Below are positions 59,186 through 64,000 of a DNA stretch of 64,000 nucleotides, one piece after another. The notes below the pieces were generated by a model. The model worked only from the letters and a program-made list of their open reading frames with translations, was not told the DNA's origin and searched no databases. The translations under genes were made by a program, and so were the position numbers. Origin of the DNA: Nannocystales bacterium (GTDB lineage: Bacteria; Myxococcota_A; Polyangia; Nannocystales; Nannocystaceae). The stretch covers positions 544,001 through 608,000 of the forward strand of contig JBOEGF010000018.1 of NCBI GenBank assembly GCA_050633305.1. The letters are read 5' to 3'. Numbering within the stretch: position 1 is the stretch's first letter; every line of letters begins with the position of its first letter.

Positions 59186-60112
59186 CTACTTCTCGTGGCA
59201 GCTGTAGTCGAGCTTGGCTCGGCCTTTTTGTACGGTATCGCCGTTGCCGAGCGTGACCGACATTGCGATCACATTGCCTTGGTCGTCGTAGCGGTAGTCC
59301 AGCCGCCGATCCGTCGAGCCGTCGCTGCCGTGGTCTTCCTTGATGCGCTCGAGTTGCCCGACCTTGCTGTAGCCGAAGGTGACCGTCATCGGCTCGCCCT
59401 GCCAGGGCTTCTTCACGGTGGCTTTTCGAGCGATACCTTGTCGCAGGTAGACCTTCGCGTCCTTGCGCTTGGCGTAGATCGGATAGCCAGGAGTGAGCCC
59501 GGTGAACCCCGCAACTTCGACCAGCGTGACGTCGCGCGACTTGCCGCCCTCGTCGAAGCTGGCGGTCGCGACGTTGGACTTGGGGTCGTAGGTGGGCTCG
59601 ATCGTGGATTCGACCGAGTCGTCACAGCCCTCGTCGATCTCGACCTTGGTGGTCTTGCCCTCGGCGATGGTGAACGTGCCACAGGCCTCGGGTTTACCGT
59701 TGCCGTCGCTATCCACCTTGACCGTGCCGCCCTCGCCCTCGTACGCGAACGTGAGCTTGGCTCCGGTGCTCCAGGTGACCTTGCAGGGGCCGGGATACGC
59801 AGCCTCGGCGTGCGGCACCTCTTCGGGAAGCGGCTCTTCAGGATCGATGGCCGCGACTTCGGGGTCCACGGCCTCGTCTGCCGTGTCTCCAGCGGGCGCC
59901 TCCCACTCACCGCCCTCCGCCGAGCCGTCCCCCAAGTCCGCCTTGGCGTCGCCGTCGGCATCGGGCTCAGCCTTGTCACCCGCGGTGTCGACCTTGGGGG
60001 CTGCTTTGGAGTCACCGGCGGTCGCGGCCGTTTGCCCAGGGGCGTCTTTGTCGCTGCCGCAGGCGAGGGTGGCGATTCCGAAGAGGGCGAGGGCGAGGGC
60101 GCGCGTGCTCAT
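59186..60112 (-). CDS. Lipoprotein with DxDxDG-like loops and YD-like repeats
   Basis: TLAC lipobox; DSDGNGKPE, DHGSDGSTD, YRYDDQGN; ATGA overlap with upstream rSAM gene. Confidence 0.75.
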   Translation of the reverse strand: MSTRALALALFGIATLACGSDKDAPGQTAATAGDSKAAPKVDTAGDKAEPDADGDAKADLGDGSAEGGEWEAPAGDTADEAVDPEVAAIDPEEPLPEEVPHAEAAYPGPCKVTWSTGAKLTFAYEGEGGTVKVDSDGNGKPEACGTFTIAEGKTTKVEIDEGCDDSVESTIEPTYDPKSNVATASFDEGGKSRDVTLVEVAGFTGLTPGYPIYAKRKDAKVYLRQGIARKATVKKPWQGEPMTVTFGYSKVGQLERIKEDHGSDGSTDRRLDYRYDDQGNVIAMSVTLGNGDTVQKGRAKLDYSCHEK

Positions 60113-61929
60113 GAGGGGTCCGTGGGCAGGTCCGTAGAGGTTGAACGATCGAGAACGGGGCGCAGCGCTTCGGTTCCGTAAAGATCTGCATAGCCCCGCC
60201 TGAGGCCGAAGCAGCGGGTTTGTAGCACACAAGATGCGCATCCTGCGGGCTTCACGAACTCCTCTGTGCTCAAACCGTGGACGGCGTCCGCCAACGGGAC
60301 GAAGCGACGCAGGTCGCCGGGGACCAGGCACAAGGGAAGTCCGCACATCGACTCGAACCCATCGACGGTCAATCCCGCATCTTCGCCCAGTCGCATGCCC
60401 TCGCCGACGAGCGGAAGCACCTCCTCGTAGCGGGGAATCAGCGCACGTGTGCGGGGGACGAGGTCCGTGGATGGAGCCACGAACGAGACATTGACCGCCG
60501 CCGAGGGCCACCGAGCGGCGACCATGCGAATGAACCCGGGGAACTGCCGGTAGTTGAGCTGGCACAACACGAAGTTCAGCCGGAGTTCGATCGGTGTCGC
60601 GGCAAGCGCATCGATCCCGGCGACCGTCGCCTCGAAGGTTCCCGGCGCCTCGGTCACCTTGTCGGAAGTCTCGGCGTCGGTGCCGTGCAATGAGATGAAG
60701 GCGCGGTCCACCCCGGCATCGGCCAGCTTCGCGGCCAGGTCGTCTTTCGCCAGCCGGGTTGCGTTGGTCTGAAGCTCGACCTCGGCGACCCCGCGTTGCT
60801 TTGCGTAGCGTACGTACTCCAACAGTCGGCGGTTGAGCGTGGGCTCGCCGCCGGAGAGCGCGAGACTGCCGCGCTCGGCGGCGATGGCATCGATCGCCTT
60901 GCGCACGTCTGCGTCTGCAGGGTCGGGGAGGTGAGTGCTGACGAAGCAGAACGTACAGCTCTGGTTGCAGCGGAAGTTCACGCGAACGATCGCCGCGGGC
61001 ACCGAGGACCCGTCGGGTCGTCGGTAGACTTCGCGAGTCACCAGCTCCCGCTGCGCCTGGGCTGCAGCGGTCCCGATGACGGTTAAGCGTCGCCTCAGCG
61101 TGGACGACGACAGTGGGCGTGCTCGATGCTGAAGTCCAATTGGGAGACCGGGGCAGCGTTCCCGCACAACGCATGTTTCGCACTCGGGTGCTTGTGCGAA
61201 CTTGCTGCGGGTGCCCGCACCTGGGTTCAGGGCGAACACATGGGCGACCCTCGAGGGATGCTCGAAGGCGCACGGAGGAACGAACGCTGCAGGGTCGAGG
61301 CTTGCCGGGAGTTCGACGCGACGCGCCGCGCGAACGAAGGCTTCAGCGATGGCCGTCGCTTCCGAGAGCTCGGCCAGTGCTTCGGTCCGTGGGGACGATG
61401 TGGGAACGCCGAACCAAAGAGTTCGCGGGGACAGGCCATGGTCAGCGAGCCGCTCGGGCAGCGCGGCCACGTCTTGGAGGTTGTCTGACACGACCGGTGT
61501 TGCCGTCTCGTAGTCCAGCGTCGAGCCCTCGAGCGCGAGAAGTGTCTCGAGGACCGCAGCGCCTGTGCCCGCCTGACCGGTGAACGCATCGAGGTCTGGG
61601 CCCCATGCTGGAAGATGAACGCGCACCACGTCGAGGCCTGCGTCCTGCAGCGCCCCGAGGTCGAGGTGAGCGCCGTGGGTCTCCAGGACCAACTCAGCGT
61701 CCGTCCGCGCCCGCGTCCACGCTACCAGGCGAACCAAGTCATCTCGCAGGGTTGGCTCGCCACCACTGAGCACGAGCGTGTGCGGCGAGGCCTCCATGGC
61801 CTTGAGCAAGGCTGCTCGAAGTGCGGGCCCCCCGGCGACCTCGGCCCTCTCTTGATCGCGACGCCCGTTGCAAAACCGGCAGCGCAGGTCACAGGTCTCG
61901 TTGGTCAGGACCCGAAGTGTGCGACTCAC
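60109..61929 (-). CDS. Tandem double radical SAM protein (HxsC-like domains)
   Basis: CDLRCRFC (61870-93) and CNQSCTFC (60946-69), each followed by SGGEPT, PxC and CxxCx5CxG. Confidence 0.9.
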   Translation of the reverse strand: MSRTLRVLTNETCDLRCRFCNGRRDQERAEVAGGPALRAALLKAMEASPHTLVLSGGEPTLRDDLVRLVAWTRARTDAELVLETHGAHLDLGALQDAGLDVVRVHLPAWGPDLDAFTGQAGTGAAVLETLLALEGSTLDYETATPVVSDNLQDVAALPERLADHGLSPRTLWFGVPTSSPRTEALAELSEATAIAEAFVRAARRVELPASLDPAAFVPPCAFEHPSRVAHVFALNPGAGTRSKFAQAPECETCVVRERCPGLPIGLQHRARPLSSSTLRRRLTVIGTAAAQAQRELVTREVYRRPDGSSVPAAIVRVNFRCNQSCTFCFVSTHLPDPADADVRKAIDAIAAERGSLALSGGEPTLNRRLLEYVRYAKQRGVAEVELQTNATRLAKDDLAAKLADAGVDRAFISLHGTDAETSDKVTEAPGTFEATVAGIDALAATPIELRLNFVLCQLNYRQFPGFIRMVAARWPSAAVNVSFVAPSTDLVPRTRALIPRYEEVLPLVGEGMRLGEDAGLTVDGFESMCGLPLCLVPGDLRRFVPLADAVHGLSTEEFVKPAGCASCVLQTRCFGLRRGYADLYGTEALRPVLDRSTSTDLPTDPS

Positions 61930-62813
61930 AGGAGGTCCTCCACACGCGCAGGAGCGCCGGATGCCCATGCACGGGCCTGAGCTGCGAAGAGGGTGCACCA
62001 GGTGTTCCGGTCCGCCGAGTCTGGTTCGTAACGAACGGCCCCCTGCTCGTCGGTCAGCGAGTCCAAGAATGCGAGACCTCGGTCGATCGACCCGCGGTGT
62101 CCCTCCGGGTCATGGAGGACCCAAAGTCGAATCGCCTGCGCTGTCCCATCGGCACGGCTAGGGCCCCCGTCGCTCCAGGCCGGGATGCCGCCGTCCTCCC
62201 GTTGAACGCGACATAGGAACTCGATTGCTCCATCGATGTCGACCGGGGCTGGGACGTCCAAGGCGCGGAGGGCGAGCAGTCCTTCACAGGCGTAGGCGTG
62301 TGCGTGGACATAGGTTGGTTCGTGGGGGGGCGTCCGCAGGCGGCCGGTTGCATCTTGTTGGACTCGTACGTCTGCCAGTCGGTCCAGGGTTGGCGTGCTC
62401 CAGCCGCGCTGGGCCCGTGCGGCGCACCCCACGGCCAGCTTCAGCATGTGGGGTCCCGCGACCGAGCTCCAGCGGGGGGGCGCGGCAGGGTGGACAACTG
62501 GGGTGGTGGTCAGGCGCCGACGCGCTTCGGTCCATCGCGGGTCTTCGTGTTCGTCGAGCGTCTCCAGTCCAGCCAGGGCGACTGCGGTGTCGAATGCGTA
62601 GACGAGTCCGTCTCGGCCAACCCGCCCTTCGTCGACCTGTATGGCGAGTCGCGTCGTGACGTCTCGGGGCGCGGGGATGCCTTGAAGCGCGAACCATCGA
62701 AGCAGGAGTCCGGCCGCCTCGGGATACGCGTACCCGCGGTGATCCGGGTTGACCCACGACAGGACGGCGTCGCCGTGCACGGCATGCTCCGATAGCCAGG
62801 CCTCGGGGTTCAC
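61926..62813 (-). CDS. Alpha/alpha-barrel enzyme with prenyltransferase/terpene-cyclase-like repeats
   Basis: YPEAAG, YAFDTA, HAHAYACEGL, QREDGG, DGTAQAIRL, NTWCTLFA; GTGA overlaps on both sides. Confidence 0.65.
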   Translation of the reverse strand: MNPEAWLSEHAVHGDAVLSWVNPDHRGYAYPEAAGLLLRWFALQGIPAPRDVTTRLAIQVDEGRVGRDGLVYAFDTAVALAGLETLDEHEDPRWTEARRRLTTTPVVHPAAPPRWSSVAGPHMLKLAVGCAARAQRGWSTPTLDRLADVRVQQDATGRLRTPPHEPTYVHAHAYACEGLLALRALDVPAPVDIDGAIEFLCRVQREDGGIPAWSDGGPSRADGTAQAIRLWVLHDPEGHRGSIDRGLAFLDSLTDEQGAVRYEPDSADRNTWCTLFAAQARAWASGAPARVEDLL

Positions 62814-63883
62814 GGCGTCCCCCTGGCACGTACCCGCTGCAGCAGTCGGCGGGCGGTGACGGTGGCGGTCCGCAGGGGAGCGCCGGCAAGAGCCGGGTAG
62901 GCCTCGCATGCGCTGAAGCAGCCGCCGCACGACAACGACTCGATATCGCGCCGCGCCTGCTTCACATCGTCCCCGTGCCACAGCGATTCGAAGGCCTGCT
63001 CGCGAAGGTTTCCCAACGGACGGTCGTAGAGGTGGCACGGGTACAGGTCGCCCTCGGGGGCGATGAACGCCGCACTGCGCAGGGCTTGGCAAGGCACGCC
63101 CGATGGCTCCCCGGCCGCAACGGCATCGAGGTTGACCAGGTACACGGACTCCATCAACTCCACGAGCGTCCGCGGGAGGCCGCGGCGAGCCATGTGACGC
63201 TGGAGGAGGTCCCCCGGTGGCACAGCCTGGGGACCGATGTCTTCGTTGCCGAAGAAGTGCGCGGAGGTCTGTAGCCAGTTCCAGTGCCAGCGCCGGAGGT
63301 CGAACCCTTCGGCGCGCAGCATCGCCTCTGTCCTCGGCAGCGCATCAACCGTTTGGCTGGAGACCGTGGTGCCCACGTGCACCTCCACCCCACGTAACGC
63401 CTGCAGACGCCGCAGTGTTTCCAACGCACGTTCTGCGGAGCCGGACCGTCCGCGTACCTCGTCGTGCACGTCGGGCGGTCCGTCGAGGCTGACCGTCACG
63501 ATCAGCTCGATGTCCTCGCGCGCCGCCCGAACGGCGGCCGTCACGGCTTCGACGCGCTCCGTCATCCATCCGTTGGTTTGGTAGTGCAGCACCGTGAGGG
63601 CATTGGGGATCGTGGCCGCAGCCCGCAGCACCCGCTCGATGTCCGGGCGGACAAAGGGCTCGCCCCCGGTGACATCGAGCCAGGTCAGTCGTCCCAACTG
63701 ACCGAAGATGGTCTCGATCTCCTCCGCCGTGAGCGCGCCTGTGCCCGGGTGTTCCCAAGTCCGGCACATCGAGCACCGCAGGTTGCACCGCCGCGTGACG
63801 TCGAACACCACCCGGGTCGGGGTCGGCGGTCGATGCACCCATGTCTCCGCGAGACGGGCGATCATCTCCAAACGACGCGGCAC
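62810..63883 (-). CDS. Radical SAM protein with SPASM/twitch domain
   Basis: CNLRCSMC (63764-87), TGGEPF, TNG, SLDG; C-terminal C...GDLYPC...CGGCFSAC. Confidence 0.92.
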   Translation of the reverse strand: MPRRLEMIARLAETWVHRPPTPTRVVFDVTRRCNLRCSMCRTWEHPGTGALTAEEIETIFGQLGRLTWLDVTGGEPFVRPDIERVLRAAATIPNALTVLHYQTNGWMTERVEAVTAAVRAAREDIELIVTVSLDGPPDVHDEVRGRSGSAERALETLRRLQALRGVEVHVGTTVSSQTVDALPRTEAMLRAEGFDLRRWHWNWLQTSAHFFGNEDIGPQAVPPGDLLQRHMARRGLPRTLVELMESVYLVNLDAVAAGEPSGVPCQALRSAAFIAPEGDLYPCHLYDRPLGNLREQAFESLWHGDDVKQARRDIESLSCGGCFSACEAYPALAGAPLRTATVTARRLLQRVRARGTP

Positions 63884-64000
63884 CCGGTGAGCATGCCACG
63901 GACCCAGTGCGGCGAGGCCGTCTCGACGATCTTGCTACAATGCGGGGGCGAATGGATGTTGCGCCCCAATGCTGAGACGCCACGCCAAGCAGGTGGTGCT

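Noticed and set aside
63884..64000. Possible RiPP precursor upstream of the rSAM operon
   Set aside because: No complete convincing short ORF; plus-strand starts run off the window edge

Overview
GC-rich bacterial DNA with the hallmarks of a myxobacterium (probably Nannocystaceae-like, inferred): Hanks-type Ser/Thr kinase, RCC1 and Cys-rich (CGDG..CDDGN) lipoproteins, many Ser/Thr/Gly-linker lipoproteins and hybrid histidine kinases. About 60 CDS are supportable. No rRNA, tRNA, CRISPR array or transposase was seen. Housekeeping genes include frmA/adhC, serC, yqjG-type GS-hydroquinone reductase, a POT transporter and a CobW GTPase. The most notable items are: (1) a BlaI repressor plus a BlaR1/M56 sensor whose extracellular domain is MepA-type murein endopeptidase rather than a penicillin-binding domain, with a readable promoter and operator, next to a LysM-MepA enzyme and an SGNH lipoprotein (39.5-43.6 kb); (2) a translationally coupled four-gene operon with three radical-SAM domains, two of them in one protein, plus an alpha/alpha-barrel enzyme and a lipoprotein (59.2-63.9 kb); (3) a polyprenol-phosphate/GT-C glycosylation cluster with three methyltransferases (26.5-38.7 kb); (4) a plant-type cycloeucalenol cycloisomerase; (5) an unannotated 43-aa H-NOX-like remnant coupled to a kinase; (6) two abutting MITEs sharing a CTAG; (7) a Tat-exported molybdoenzyme coupled to a PepSY-TM protein; (8) a bacterial GTDC1/QTMAN homolog; (9) a candidate structured RNA at about 57.4-57.6 kb. 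All family calls come from motif recognition by eye, not database searches. Where starts differ from the ORF track I chose the most plausible start codon.
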